Assembly: GCA_035275065.1 (NCBI GenBank)
Contig: DATENM010000150.1
Span: 80,620-144,619, forward strand
Source of the DNA: Blastocatellia bacterium
GTDB taxonomy: Bacteria > Acidobacteriota > Blastocatellia > UBA7656
Length of the DNA stretch: 64,000 nucleotides
Reading direction: 5' to 3'
A program made the translations under genes and the position numbers. Shown one piece after another: positions 36,070-46,337 of this stretch; the stretch's first letter is position 1; each line of letters opens with the position of its first letter. Under the pieces are notes generated by a model that saw nothing but the letters and a program-made list of their open reading frames with translations, made no database searches and was not told where the DNA came from.

Positions 36070-38226
36070 TCACAACTCCTGAATAATGTTATCGGCGATC
36101 CTGAGCGCCAGCGTGGCGATTGTCAGCGAAGGGTTAACGCCGAGCGCCGTCGGAATCACTGAAGCGTCGGCGACATACAGCTTCTCATAAAACGGGCGGG
36201 CTCCCGTTTTTGAGGTGTCGAAGACGCGGCCAAATTCGTCCACCGTGCCTTGAGAAGCGTCTTTGCCCATCACGCAGCCGCCCAGCGGGTGACTGACCGC
36301 GATTGAGGTGGCGTCAAAGGCCCCCGCTGTGTTCGTCAGAAACGGGTTGATGAACTCGCTCGTCGGGTCAGCCGGGTCCCTGATGACCTGGGCCAGGCGG
36401 GCCAGCGATTTGCGAATCTCGCCGTAGATCGGGTCATCGTAAAACTTCTTGCCATCGGCGCGCGACAGGCGTAATGAAGATTCGCCGGACTTGCCGAGGC
36501 GGAACTGCCCGACCGCCGCCTCGCGCCCCATGCCGACGACACACATCATGTTGGCAGCGATCTCTTCTTCTGAGCGGAAGATGTCGTCGCGCTCGCGGTA
36601 GTTGGTGAAGAACGCCCGGACGGATTGCCGCAGGCGCTTCCACAAGTACCTGAGGATGGCGTGCAGGACGAACAGCCGGCCCTGGTTGCCTTTGCCTAAC
36701 GAGCGGATCAGCGGCACGCCCTGGCCGAGCAGCGAGGCGAGCGCCGGCGGGATGCCCTGGTCTTCGAGGGTGTGGAAGGCGGCGGGGTTGCCGCCGGTCG
36801 CCGGGTCGGTCGTATTAAAGTGGCCGTAAGAGGTGGTGACCGGGCCGCGGATCAGGCTGACGCGCTCTTGCGTCTTTTCGAGAAAGGCGATGTAGTCGCC
36901 GTTGGTCGAGAAGCCGAACCCGACTTTATCGCTCAGGTTGGGCAGCGTGCCGCGCTGCTTCGACCGCAGCATGATCTCGGTGGTGCCGACGCACCCGGCG
37001 GCGACGATGACGATGTCGGCGGTGACGGTCTTGCGCGTGATGTTGGAAAGATCGCCCTCCTTGCGTTGATCGTATTGGATTTCATAGCCGCCGGCCGGCA
37101 GCGCGCGGATCACGTCGACCTCGGATAAAGGCTCAAGGCTCATGTTCGAGAATTCGCGCGGCTTGTCTTTCAGCGGGTTGTCAGGCTCCGCCGGATCGAA
37201 GTTGCCGAGGATGGCGCGCATCAGTTGCTTATTGAGCGTGTGGCGCGCGCCGGGCAGGCAGCCGACGTTGCAGCGGCCCTGCCGCTCGCAGTAGTTGCGC
37301 GGCGGGCTAGCGGGCGGGTTGGGCGGATAGTTGGCCGGGAACTCGTTGGCGCCGACGGGCGTGTTTTCCGGCGTAAGGTCGCCGATTGCCAGGTCAACGG
37401 CGCCGAAATCTTTCGTGAGCTGGCTGACCGCCGTCTGGAAGACGCGGGCGCGGTCGAGCCAGTAGCGATTGGTTGAACCCGGCGGCAGTGGCTTGCCCGG
37501 CAGCATGCCCGGATCAAGATGAATCTGTTTGATCCCGCGGCTGTTGTTGGGGTCGGGCTTCACATCCCAGTGCGGGTCGAGGCGGGCCGTGCGCGCGACG
37601 ATGTTGTTGAGGCCCGGATTCACAACTAAATCGGGAAGGTTGACGCCCTTGAACGGGATCTTGCCATCGGCGCGCGCCTTCAAGGCCGAACTGATGCCAT
37701 AGCCGATGGCGTGGCGGGCCAGTTCGTAGTAATCGCTGCGCTGTTGTGGCGTCCAGGTCGTCGGCCAGCGTAGATCGTCGAAAATCAAGTCAGGCGGCCT
37801 AATGGTGATATTGGAGTAAACCAGCGAACCGCCGCCGACGCCGTTGGCGCGGACGATGCTGACGCCGTCATTCTGGCCGCCGAACAGGCCGAGCAGGCCG
37901 GGCTTTCCCAGGCGCACGACGTCGAAGAGGCCGTCCTCGTTCTTCTTGCGCCGGAAGCAGCGCGTGAAGAGGTCAATGAAGCCACGGAAGTGGTTGAGCG
38001 ACGACCAGAACTGCACGGGCTGCCCTTTGCGGGCAAGGAAATCGCGGGTCTTGACCTCTTTGTCCTGCACGGTGCTGACGGGCGTCGTCCACCATGTGCC
38101 GCGTTCGATCATCAGCACGGTCTCACCCTGATTGCGGTCCAGAAATTTTTTCGCCAAAGGGATGGCCGTCATGCTGCCGCCGAAGCCAGTCCCAATAACT
38201 ACTGCCGTGTAATGTTGATCGGCCAT
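36070..38226 (-). CDS. GMC family FAD-dependent oxidoreductase (cholesterol-oxidase-like, extended)
   Basis: N-terminal AVVIGTGFGGSMTA (GxGxxG) and C-terminal SHPLGGCVMG...LYVADASVIPTALGVNPSLTIATLALR motifs. Confidence 0.9.
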   Translation of the reverse strand: MADQHYTAVVIGTGFGGSMTAIPLAKKFLDRNQGETVLMIERGTWWTTPVSTVQDKEVKTRDFLARKGQPVQFWSSLNHFRGFIDLFTRCFRRKKNEDGLFDVVRLGKPGLLGLFGGQNDGVSIVRANGVGGGSLVYSNITIRPPDLIFDDLRWPTTWTPQQRSDYYELARHAIGYGISSALKARADGKIPFKGVNLPDLVVNPGLNNIVARTARLDPHWDVKPDPNNSRGIKQIHLDPGMLPGKPLPPGSTNRYWLDRARVFQTAVSQLTKDFGAVDLAIGDLTPENTPVGANEFPANYPPNPPASPPRNYCERQGRCNVGCLPGARHTLNKQLMRAILGNFDPAEPDNPLKDKPREFSNMSLEPLSEVDVIRALPAGGYEIQYDQRKEGDLSNITRKTVTADIVIVAAGCVGTTEIMLRSKQRGTLPNLSDKVGFGFSTNGDYIAFLEKTQERVSLIRGPVTTSYGHFNTTDPATGGNPAAFHTLEDQGIPPALASLLGQGVPLIRSLGKGNQGRLFVLHAILRYLWKRLRQSVRAFFTNYRERDDIFRSEEEIAANMMCVVGMGREAAVGQFRLGKSGESSLRLSRADGKKFYDDPIYGEIRKSLARLAQVIRDPADPTSEFINPFLTNTAGAFDATSIAVSHPLGGCVMGKDASQGTVDEFGRVFDTSKTGARPFYEKLYVADASVIPTALGVNPSLTIATLALRIADNIIQEL

Positions 38227-38603
38227 ACTTTGATCCTCCTCGAAGGGCAGGGAAGCGGAATTGGATGAATCGGGCGTACAACCGGACCCACTTGATGGCC
38301 GCCATCCTAATCAACAAAGCGCGCGTAGTCAACCTCACATAAATTTGTTTCTCTTAATCATCAGGCCCTGAGAGCGCCAGCTTCAGAAGTCAAGGTAAGG
38401 AGAAGCGCAGTGGCAGACGAGTCCGTGACGGCGGTGAGCGCAAGCGACCGCCCTGCCGGCGGTGATCTGCGGGGTGATCGGCCCGGCGCGCCTCCTACTC
38501 GCGATCCGCTGGGTTCTCGATGGGTTCTCCGCCTCGCACGTCATGCCTGAACGGAGGTCCCGCAGGGGGCCTGGAAGACCTGTTCGCCGCAGACTGTGGC
38601 CGC

Positions 38604-38631
38604 TTGAAATGGTTTTCGCAACTGTGATAAT
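38604..38631 (+). promoter_or_regulatory. candidate sigma-70-type promoter for the 38.8-54.7 kb operon
   Basis: TTGAAA (38604-38609), a 16-nt spacer, then GATAAT (38626-38631), about 160 nt upstream of the ATG at 38792. Pattern match only. Confidence 0.3.
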
Positions 38632-38791
38632 TTTCTCAGCGCCTGGTAGCTCACGTCGCTTACATATCCTTATTCATATACGATTTGCGGTTAGGGGTTG
38701 ATTCAGTCGGAATACGCGCTCTGGTAAATCGTTCGTAAGCTCATGGGCGGAAAAGGAGACCCATCGTCGGTCAGAAACAGCGAGCTCCTCT

Positions 38792-41700
38792 ATGAGCAAT
38801 ATCTTAATGGTTCCCATCCACGTGGACGCGCTGTTTCTCAGCCTGGACCAGCCGGTCGTCGAAGCGATGGCGGATTTCTCCCGGCTACCTTATTCAGATG
38901 GAACGCGCGAGTGGAATCCTGACATTGCCTATATCAGTGAAGACATCGTCTCCAAGCCCTTTCAAAATGATAACCTGCTCTTGAAAGCGGGCCTCCATCT
39001 GCATTGGGCCTTGCCCGACGCGTTGACGAAAGGCGCTCAAACAGCAGATGGGACAAGCTTTCCGGCGGTGCCGAATCGCTGGCTGGTTATGCGCAGTAAC
39101 CTGGACGAGAGCGGTCAACGGACGGTAGACAAACAATGGATCGTCGAGAGCGACTATCTTTATCCTGAAAGTGCTGGGGATGAAACGGCTGGCGTCAGCA
39201 TCGGTAACCTGACCAACCTGACAAACGGCGCACCCCCCAGGCCCTTTCGCTACCTGGGCCGAAAGATGTCTTTAACGGCGTGGCCGGCGGGGAGCGCGCA
39301 AGCCGACTTTGTCCTGACCGCCGTCGGGTATGGAGAACCTGCCTTCGCGGCTTTTTATCCGAATTGCCACAGCGTCTTCGGTCTATACGACGATGCGTAC
39401 TCGGACGCCCTCCCTCCGGGTCTGCAATATGATGTCGTCGGCTGGTACGCCGATGAGGGCCGGGATTATCTCGAAACATTTATCCGTGAGGTGACTGGCG
39501 ATTATCAAGAGCAGGGTCAAGCGCCGCCTGGCGACGACGACTTACAAACCGCCCTGGAAGAGCAAGCCCAATGGACGTATGAGACCAGTGGTAACCAGAC
39601 GTTCCCGGCTCGCATGCTCTGCTACACGCGATTGACCTTCAACCCGAACCCTGAATCCATCGACAATCCTGATAAAGCAGACCCCAATACCCGCATCACG
39701 GTGGCAAACACCGGCACAGAAGCCCTCTCGGCTTACCTGGCCGATAGGATTGTTCGCAGCCAGATGCCCGATCCCTCAACCGTAGGAATCGACAGGGAGA
39801 AAAAGTCGGAGGTCGAAGATCAACTGGAAGCCGTTCAATTTTCAGATTGGCTCGACACGCATCAGTTAGACATCGGCGCAAAATTTGTAGAGGCCCGTCA
39901 CGAGAAAGGCTTTACCGCCACGGGCGACGACACCCTCTGGACAGTCACACAGGAATCTCAGGACACCGAAGCCGATGCGGCGCGGGGCGACGCGCAGGCG
40001 CAGATCACCTTGCCCCAAGACATGGCGCATCAGCTCAACACGCTCAACCAGCGCCAAAAGACGTATGACCGCGCCCGGCAAGAGATCGAGTCTCTGCGCC
40101 AGCAGCTGTTTGCCGATTGGTACAAGTATATGCTCTGCGCTTACCCGCCCGAAGACTCGCAGGACGATTATCCGGATATAGATGAAGTGAAGCATTTCAT
40201 CGAAGTCAAAAGCATTGCTCCCTTGCAGAGCAAGCTGGCTGCCACAGGGGCGCTCTCCTTAGCGACCGAGAACGGACAAATCATTGCCTCCATCGCTGAC
40301 TCTTCCGGCGATTCTTTAGCGGCTCAGCTCAAGCAGGCCATAGACGCGCTACAGCAAGCCGTCACGGCCCACAACGGCATTCCCGAGGTGCAGGCGGCCC
40401 ACATGACCTACAAGCTCAAGCCGGTAGCGGGTGCGCGGTACTGGCAGCCGAACGAGCCGGTGGTGCTCTTGACGGGGCAGGCCGTGAAGCCCACTCCCAG
40501 ATATGGCAGGGATGGCTCTCCGCAAGATGACGGCTTGCTGGAGTGTGCGCTCTTAGTTGGACAAGAGATAGAGGACTTGCTGCCATATCACGGCGAGCGG
40601 GTCGCGGCCGCCATGGATAGCCTCGCAGCCGCCGCGAATGAGGAGAAGGTCGGCTTCAAGCTCTGGACGCAACAGCCCTGGAATCCCTTCTTGCTGGAAT
40701 GGGAGGCGGAGCTATTGCCCACCGAAATCGGCAACAATCTCGACCCTGAGACGGGAAGCTACGCGCATAGCTTCATCAAAGACAATTTCACTCTGGCGGT
40801 CAATGACGTTGACCTCTCGGTCACGCCGGGAAAGGGGGCCGTGGCGAAGGCCGCTAACGTCTACACCGGATCAAGCCTTCTGACCGCCCATGCCAGCGAG
40901 TTGTTGACCGAAGACCTGGGAAATTATCTGCAACAACAACTGCTCGGCGAATACTACGAGCAGCAGCAGGTCCCGCCCGCCGAGCAGACCGAGAATTACT
41001 TCAATGAGAACACGGCGACGATTCTTGATTGGTATAAACAGACCCATTGCAGCCAGGACTCCGACACCTCTACCTGTCACCTGATACAGGCCTATGAGAT
41101 GCTCACCGACCCGAGCTTCTACAGCCTGTCGCAATCGCTCGGCGGCTTTAACGAAGCCTTACTGATGCACAAGCAGACGCTGCAATTGGCCATCGCGGAT
41201 CCCCTGGGATTTGACGACTATCAAGCCTTCGCCGCCAGCGTGAGCGATGCCGTTGCGGGCAGCATCAAAAGCGCGCCGGAGCCGCTCAATGACTTCAACC
41301 CGATTCGCTCGGGGGCGTTGAAGCTGACGCGCCTGCGACTGGTGGATTCCTTCGGGCAGATCAAAGAGCTGGATTGCACGAGCGTCATCACCACGGAGAA
41401 GATGACGCTGCCGCAGAATCCTTATCTGATGATTTTGCCGCCGCGCCTGGCGCAGCCGGCTCGCCTCAACTTGCGCTGGCTCTCTGCGGCTCAAGATGAG
41501 CAGGAGATGAACGACCATCCGGCCACGACGCCGATCTGCGGATGGGTTTTGCCCAATAATCTGGACAGCAGTCTAATGATTTATGATGGCGACGGAAAAG
41601 CGCTCGGGTCAATCAATCGTAACGCCCAATGGGAGCCCACGCCCGCCAGCCCCTCTCCGGCGCAGCCCTCCGACATCAGCAATTCTCACCTGAACAAAAT

Positions 41701-42727
41701 GGTGATGACCCTCATTCGCCTGGGCGCTGCCTTCCTGGGCCATTTCATCTCGGCGATAGATAACGCTCTGGAGAAGATCGAGCCGGAAAACTATGCCCAG
41801 CATCAAGACCTGGCGCTTTTGATTGGCCGCCCGCTCGCGCTCGTGCGTGCCGCGCTCAATCTCGAATTGCAGGGACTGCCCGCCGTTCATCAAGGGTGGG
41901 AAGCTTTTCGTCAAGACCTGCAACGTATCAACAGAGAAACCAGCCACTTCGAGCACGTGGAGTTTCCGATCCGCATCGGCGAATACCAGCAATTCAATGA
42001 TGGCCTGGTAGGCTATTGGAAGGAGGCCGGCGACGCCTATGAGGACGACCTGTTTTATGCCCCGCAAACGGATCTTAGCGAAGATGAGCTGATCACGACC
42101 CATGCCGACGAAACCGGCGAATATGATCCGATGATTATCTACCGGACGCTAAAATCCGAGACGCAGGTCCTTGCCATGCTGGTTGACCCGCGCGGCGAGG
42201 CGCACGCCACATGCGGCGTCCTCCCCTGTAAATCGAGCCGCATCCCGCCCGACCAATACACGGATGCGCTGGCCGCTATAGAAGTCACCTTCCTCTCGGC
42301 GCCCATCCTGACGCCGAGCGGTGAGATCAGTCTGCCGCTCCCGCCGGAGCCCGGATACCGCTGGTCCTGGTTGCAGAAAGCAGACGGCGACTGGTCGGAA
42401 ACTTCATCAACCGGCGTGGTCGAGAAGCAGACCTTTTTGAGCGCCTTTACTAACGGGGAAGATGTCTGGAATCGCTTGAAGCAGGAGGACAAGCGGTGGA
42501 TTGAAGAGATCGATGCGACAAAGGCCAGCGTGACGGCTAAAGATCAGCGACAGAGTGCGGACCTGGGCGAGGATATGAAAGATGAGCTCCCGGCCATCGA
42601 GATCATTTTATCCCGCGCCTACATCGGACAAGTCGAATTGCAGGCCACCTTTTCCGGCACCCCGGTGGTGCGAGAGGGCTGGCTCAAATTGAGCGAGGCC
42701 GAAGACGCTCCCGCCTCGCCATCCTAA
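38792..42727 (+). CDS. giant hypothetical protein (1311 aa), no recognised domain
   Basis: Uninterrupted 3.9-kb ORF with protein-like composition, first gene of a co-directional cluster. It has no signal peptide, no P-loop, and a central Gln/Glu-rich coiled-coil-like stretch (QRQKTYDRARQEIESLRQQLF). Confidence 0.85.
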   Translation: MSNILMVPIHVDALFLSLDQPVVEAMADFSRLPYSDGTREWNPDIAYISEDIVSKPFQNDNLLLKAGLHLHWALPDALTKGAQTADGTSFPAVPNRWLVMRSNLDESGQRTVDKQWIVESDYLYPESAGDETAGVSIGNLTNLTNGAPPRPFRYLGRKMSLTAWPAGSAQADFVLTAVGYGEPAFAAFYPNCHSVFGLYDDAYSDALPPGLQYDVVGWYADEGRDYLETFIREVTGDYQEQGQAPPGDDDLQTALEEQAQWTYETSGNQTFPARMLCYTRLTFNPNPESIDNPDKADPNTRITVANTGTEALSAYLADRIVRSQMPDPSTVGIDREKKSEVEDQLEAVQFSDWLDTHQLDIGAKFVEARHEKGFTATGDDTLWTVTQESQDTEADAARGDAQAQITLPQDMAHQLNTLNQRQKTYDRARQEIESLRQQLFADWYKYMLCAYPPEDSQDDYPDIDEVKHFIEVKSIAPLQSKLAATGALSLATENGQIIASIADSSGDSLAAQLKQAIDALQQAVTAHNGIPEVQAAHMTYKLKPVAGARYWQPNEPVVLLTGQAVKPTPRYGRDGSPQDDGLLECALLVGQEIEDLLPYHGERVAAAMDSLAAAANEEKVGFKLWTQQPWNPFLLEWEAELLPTEIGNNLDPETGSYAHSFIKDNFTLAVNDVDLSVTPGKGAVAKAANVYTGSSLLTAHASELLTEDLGNYLQQQLLGEYYEQQQVPPAEQTENYFNENTATILDWYKQTHCSQDSDTSTCHLIQAYEMLTDPSFYSLSQSLGGFNEALLMHKQTLQLAIADPLGFDDYQAFAASVSDAVAGSIKSAPEPLNDFNPIRSGALKLTRLRLVDSFGQIKELDCTSVITTEKMTLPQNPYLMILPPRLAQPARLNLRWLSAAQDEQEMNDHPATTPICGWVLPNNLDSSLMIYDGDGKALGSINRNAQWEPTPASPSPAQPSDISNSHLNKMVMTLIRLGAAFLGHFISAIDNALEKIEPENYAQHQDLALLIGRPLALVRAALNLELQGLPAVHQGWEAFRQDLQRINRETSHFEHVEFPIRIGEYQQFNDGLVGYWKEAGDAYEDDLFYAPQTDLSEDELITTHADETGEYDPMIIYRTLKSETQVLAMLVDPRGEAHATCGVLPCKSSRIPPDQYTDALAAIEVTFLSAPILTPSGEISLPLPPEPGYRWSWLQKADGDWSETSSTGVVEKQTFLSAFTNGEDVWNRLKQEDKRWIEEIDATKASVTAKDQRQSADLGEDMKDELPAIEIILSRAYIGQVELQATFSGTPVVREGWLKLSEAEDAPASPS

Positions 42728-42749
42728 GAATATTTCGGACGCGAAAAAA

Positions 42750-42929
42750 ATGGACAGCTTAACCCTTAACTTAACGCTCGAAGAAATCAACACGGTGCTT
42801 GAGGCTCTGGGCCAGATGCCCTATGTCAGGGTCTATCAACTGATCTTGAAGATTCAGCAGCAGAGCGCGCCGCAACTATCCCATGCGAAGCCGCCTGAAG
42901 GAACCAGCGGGAAGGAGCAAGAGCAATGA
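42750..42929 (+). CDS. 59-aa micro-ORF translationally coupled to the LamG/fibre gene
   Basis: Below the ORF-track cutoff. My translation is MDSLTLNLTLEEINTVLEALGQMPYVRVYQLILKIQQQSAPQLSHAKPPEGTSGKEQEQ*. Its TGA (42927-42929) overlaps the ATG at 42926 (ATGA). It starts 22 nt after the previous stop. Confidence 0.45.
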   Translation: MDSLTLNLTLEEINTVLEALGQMPYVRVYQLILKIQQQSAPQLSHAKPPEGTSGKEQEQ

Positions 42930-45900
42930 GCGCTTCAGCAGAGAGCCTGATTCTTCATCTGATTTTTGAAGAGGTCAAAAATAACATGGTCGAGGATGCC
43001 TCCGACTATGACCATGATTGCACTTTACATGGCACGCGCCCGCCACAACTCATTCCGGATGACAACTTCGGCAGCTGCCTGAGCTTCGATGGCGTGGACG
43101 AATACGTGTCTCTTCCAGACCTTCAGGGGGATTACGCCGGCGGTCTCACGATTGAGGCCTGGGTCTTCTACTCCAGCTTTGATCTGCCGTCGAAGATCAT
43201 CGACCTGGGCAATGGGCCGGGCAGCGACAATATTATTTTGATGGCTGAGGCCATGCCGCCAAATGAAGCGTCATCGCCCAGCCTGAGTCTATCGATTTAC
43301 CGCGGCAGCGCCCAGCAAACTCTGTCGGCCGACAACGTCCTGCGGCTCAATGAGTGGATGCACCTGGCCGCGACCATTGACCCGCAGGCCAACGCGACGC
43401 TCTACATGAATGGGGAGGAGGTCAAGAGCGGATCCTTACAGTTGCCGCAGAAGGTAGACCGCCGGAATAACTATCTGGCGAAAGGCAACTGGCCTACAGA
43501 CCCCTACTTTCAAGGCAAGCTCGCCAGCATCCGAGTCTATAGCTCGGCGCTTTCCGCCGAAGAGATCAATCTGGATATGCAGGAGGATCAAACGGCGGCA
43601 GCTTCTTTCAGAACAACCCACCCGCTTGATTTTAATCTTTTTGACGATGACGACCAGCAGGTGCTCTACATTGCAGATGATTCATCTGCGGGAGAGAACC
43701 TGCATCTGGAAATCACCAACAGCTCGCGTCAAAGCATGGAGATGGCGCAACCGAACGGCAACCCGCCGGGTGTCGACAATCATCATTTTGAGCTGCGCTT
43801 CCGGCCCGGCACGCTTTCAGCTTCCTCTCTGAACAGCATCCGTCTGGCCGAGAGCGATTGGCAGATGGCGAAAGCGCAGCAGGCCGATGGCACCATCTCG
43901 CTCTTTCTTCTGAGTGCCGCGGCAATGACGCTTGCGCCGACGGCCAAGATTAAGCTCACACTTCAGCACGTCAACGCCGATGCGGGTGCGGGTGCGCGCG
44001 GCACCAGAGTCGAGCTCAGATACCAGCAGCTTCAATATGCCGGCAGCACGACTTCGGTTAATGGCAGCCGCGTGCAACACCTGAGCATCGTCAACCATAG
44101 CGGCAAGAAGAATATTCCGCTCCACGTCGGCTTCGTCGGCTCGAACACGATCTTGAACGACGCGGGCGAGACGGCGAGCGATTTGAAACTGCGAATCACC
44201 AATCTTCAGGTAGATCAGAGCCTCACTCTGAATACGATAGAGACTAGCGCGCCGACCCGATTTGTCCTCTCCTTCGACGGGCAGGATGAGGATGAAAGTA
44301 AGGAGTGGGCCCTGGGGAGTGATACCGAGTTGGCAAAGGTGGAGATACACTGGGGCTTGCTGGGCACGTTGGCCGAGGCCACCGTAAGCGGGGAGCCTGC
44401 GGAGCCGCTCACTCTTTCTATTACCCCTGCCCTTGATCGCGACCTCGCTGCCGGCACTTCCCTGGGCGTGGTTTCGCAGGCGGGAGATTCGGTCGTGGCG
44501 GTCGTTGCCAACACCGCCTTCAGGGGACAAAGCGCGATCCGGATACAGCCACTCAGCACGCAGCAAATAAGCATCCTTGAACAAGGCGCGGAGGTCTATC
44601 TACGCGATGTGGTTTGGAAAGCCGACGAGCCTTCCCTTCAGGGGATAACGCCGCAGTGGACTTTCACCAATCAGAGCCAGGTGGAGATTGGCCCGAGTGA
44701 GGGCATCCAATTGCGGATCACGAATATTCGATCTTCTCTGCCTTCGGGCTACGCCAACCTCTACGTCCGCTATGAAAACATCCCGGGCTATTGGGACGGG
44801 CAGTACGTCTGCGCCATTGAAAAAGCGCCAATCCTGTACAGGCAGAATTATGTCGGCATCGGCACGACGAAGCCGGGGTTCCCGTTGACGATTCGAGGTG
44901 CTTCAACGTCTGAAGAACTGCTCGGATTCGAGGACACCAATGGCCAGTTAAAATGGCACCTCAACCAAAAGCTCGATGCGGCGCCGCCCGGCCTGAATAT
45001 CGCCGAATCACGGGTTGCTGATGGGAGACTATTTATTCGGGCGGGCGGCAATGTCGGCATCGGCACGACCAGCCCGCAGGCGAAATTGCATGTTTCTCAA
45101 GGCGCGATCATGCCGGAACAAGGCAATTCGGAGCAGGCCGGTCTGTTGTTCCCCAAAGACCCTGGCGGCGGCAGCGGCGATGCGGCCTGGATCCGCTACT
45201 ATCCCGTCAGCGGCGAAGCCACGACGCTAGAGATCGGCGTTGCCAACAATGCGGACGACAATTTAGCGTTGACGGCTTCCGGCAAGATCGGGTTGACGGC
45301 TGCCAATGACATCGCGTTAACGGCGGCGGGCAGCATCGCGTTGACGGCTTCTGGCAGCATCGCGTTGATGGCGGCGGGCAGCGTCGGCATCGGAACGACG
45401 ACCTCTCCACAGGATTTCAAGCTCGCCGCGAGCGCCGCCAGTCAACATTTACAGTTGCGCCGAGAGACCAATCAGAGAGTCGGTGGGAAGGTCCTGTTTT
45501 TGGAGTTATTCCAGGCCGACCAATCACCGGCAGCCGTGCCGGAGGTTTATCCGAGCATACGGTTTCATCACCAGTCTCGTTACTGGCAGCGCATCGAGGC
45601 CCGCTCCGACGGCATTCACTTCAAAGGGGGTAACCTGGACTCTGATAGCTACACCCTCATTTATGCCGATCAGGGCGTCTTTGACGGATCGGTGAAGCTC
45701 GGCTCGGCCACCTCGGAGAACTACGTCGGGCGTGGGGCCAACTTTCACGTCAACAACGCAAGCTTTAAAACTCATTCGAGCGGCAATTATTCTTGGACTA
45801 ACACGTCGTCCAACACCATCCGAATTGCCGGCGCTGATGGAGGCGTGCTGGCGACGAAAGATGTAGAAGTGCTTGAGTGGCACACGAGTGCCGTCATCAT

Positions 45901-46264
45901 CAACGGGAGCATCTGGGCCAAGGATAAATACTTCCTTATCCAACACCCCGTCAAGCCCGATCATCAGCTCGCGCACGCCTGCCTGGAAGGCCCGGAAGTC
46001 GGCGTCTATTATCGCGGCACGGCGCGGCTCGAAAACGGCGAAGCCACCGTCAAGCTGCCCGCATATTTCGAGGCGCTGACGCGCAAAGAAGGCCGAACCG
46101 TGATGCTGACCGCCATCGGCGCGGAGCCTTACCGGTTGAGTTATGAAGAGATCAAAGACGGTCAATTCAAGGTCTACGGGAGCAAGGCTCGCGGCCAGTT
46201 CTCGTGGGAGGTGAAGGCCGTCAGAGCGGACGTGAATCCATTAGAAGTGGAGATTAAGCGGTGA
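42926..46264 (+). CDS. LamG/ConA-like N-terminal domain protein with tail-fibre-like C-terminal region (1112 aa)
   Basis: LamG pattern: DASDYDHDCTLHG...GSCLSFDGVDEYVSLP...LYMNGEEV...GKLASIRVYSSALSAEEI. There are repeated (V/N)GIGTT(S/K)P motifs and an 8-aa ALTAxGSI tandem. The C-terminal module FLIQHPVKPDHQLAHACLEGPEVGVYYRG is one I have seen at the ends of phage-fibre-like proteins. Confidence 0.8.
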   Translation: MSASAESLILHLIFEEVKNNMVEDASDYDHDCTLHGTRPPQLIPDDNFGSCLSFDGVDEYVSLPDLQGDYAGGLTIEAWVFYSSFDLPSKIIDLGNGPGSDNIILMAEAMPPNEASSPSLSLSIYRGSAQQTLSADNVLRLNEWMHLAATIDPQANATLYMNGEEVKSGSLQLPQKVDRRNNYLAKGNWPTDPYFQGKLASIRVYSSALSAEEINLDMQEDQTAAASFRTTHPLDFNLFDDDDQQVLYIADDSSAGENLHLEITNSSRQSMEMAQPNGNPPGVDNHHFELRFRPGTLSASSLNSIRLAESDWQMAKAQQADGTISLFLLSAAAMTLAPTAKIKLTLQHVNADAGAGARGTRVELRYQQLQYAGSTTSVNGSRVQHLSIVNHSGKKNIPLHVGFVGSNTILNDAGETASDLKLRITNLQVDQSLTLNTIETSAPTRFVLSFDGQDEDESKEWALGSDTELAKVEIHWGLLGTLAEATVSGEPAEPLTLSITPALDRDLAAGTSLGVVSQAGDSVVAVVANTAFRGQSAIRIQPLSTQQISILEQGAEVYLRDVVWKADEPSLQGITPQWTFTNQSQVEIGPSEGIQLRITNIRSSLPSGYANLYVRYENIPGYWDGQYVCAIEKAPILYRQNYVGIGTTKPGFPLTIRGASTSEELLGFEDTNGQLKWHLNQKLDAAPPGLNIAESRVADGRLFIRAGGNVGIGTTSPQAKLHVSQGAIMPEQGNSEQAGLLFPKDPGGGSGDAAWIRYYPVSGEATTLEIGVANNADDNLALTASGKIGLTAANDIALTAAGSIALTASGSIALMAAGSVGIGTTTSPQDFKLAASAASQHLQLRRETNQRVGGKVLFLELFQADQSPAAVPEVYPSIRFHHQSRYWQRIEARSDGIHFKGGNLDSDSYTLIYADQGVFDGSVKLGSATSENYVGRGANFHVNNASFKTHSSGNYSWTNTSSNTIRIAGADGGVLATKDVEVLEWHTSAVIINGSIWAKDKYFLIQHPVKPDHQLAHACLEGPEVGVYYRGTARLENGEATVKLPAYFEALTRKEGRTVMLTAIGAEPYRLSYEEIKDGQFKVYGSKARGQFSWEVKAVRADVNPLEVEIKR
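45266..45385 (+). repeat. 5 x 24-nt in-frame tandem repeat (ALTASGKI/GLTAANDI/ALTAAGSI/ALTASGSI/ALMAAGSV)
   Basis: Read directly from the sequence: GCGTTGACGGCTTCCGGCAAGATC ... GCGTTGATGGCGGCGGGCAGCGTC. It lies within the fibre-like region. Confidence 0.8.
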
Positions 46265-46337
46265 GCCTCCCGTCCGCACGCAAACATTCCGAGATTAACG
46301 ATGAGCGCGCGGATTGGCGCGGTAAAGGAGTTTGATT

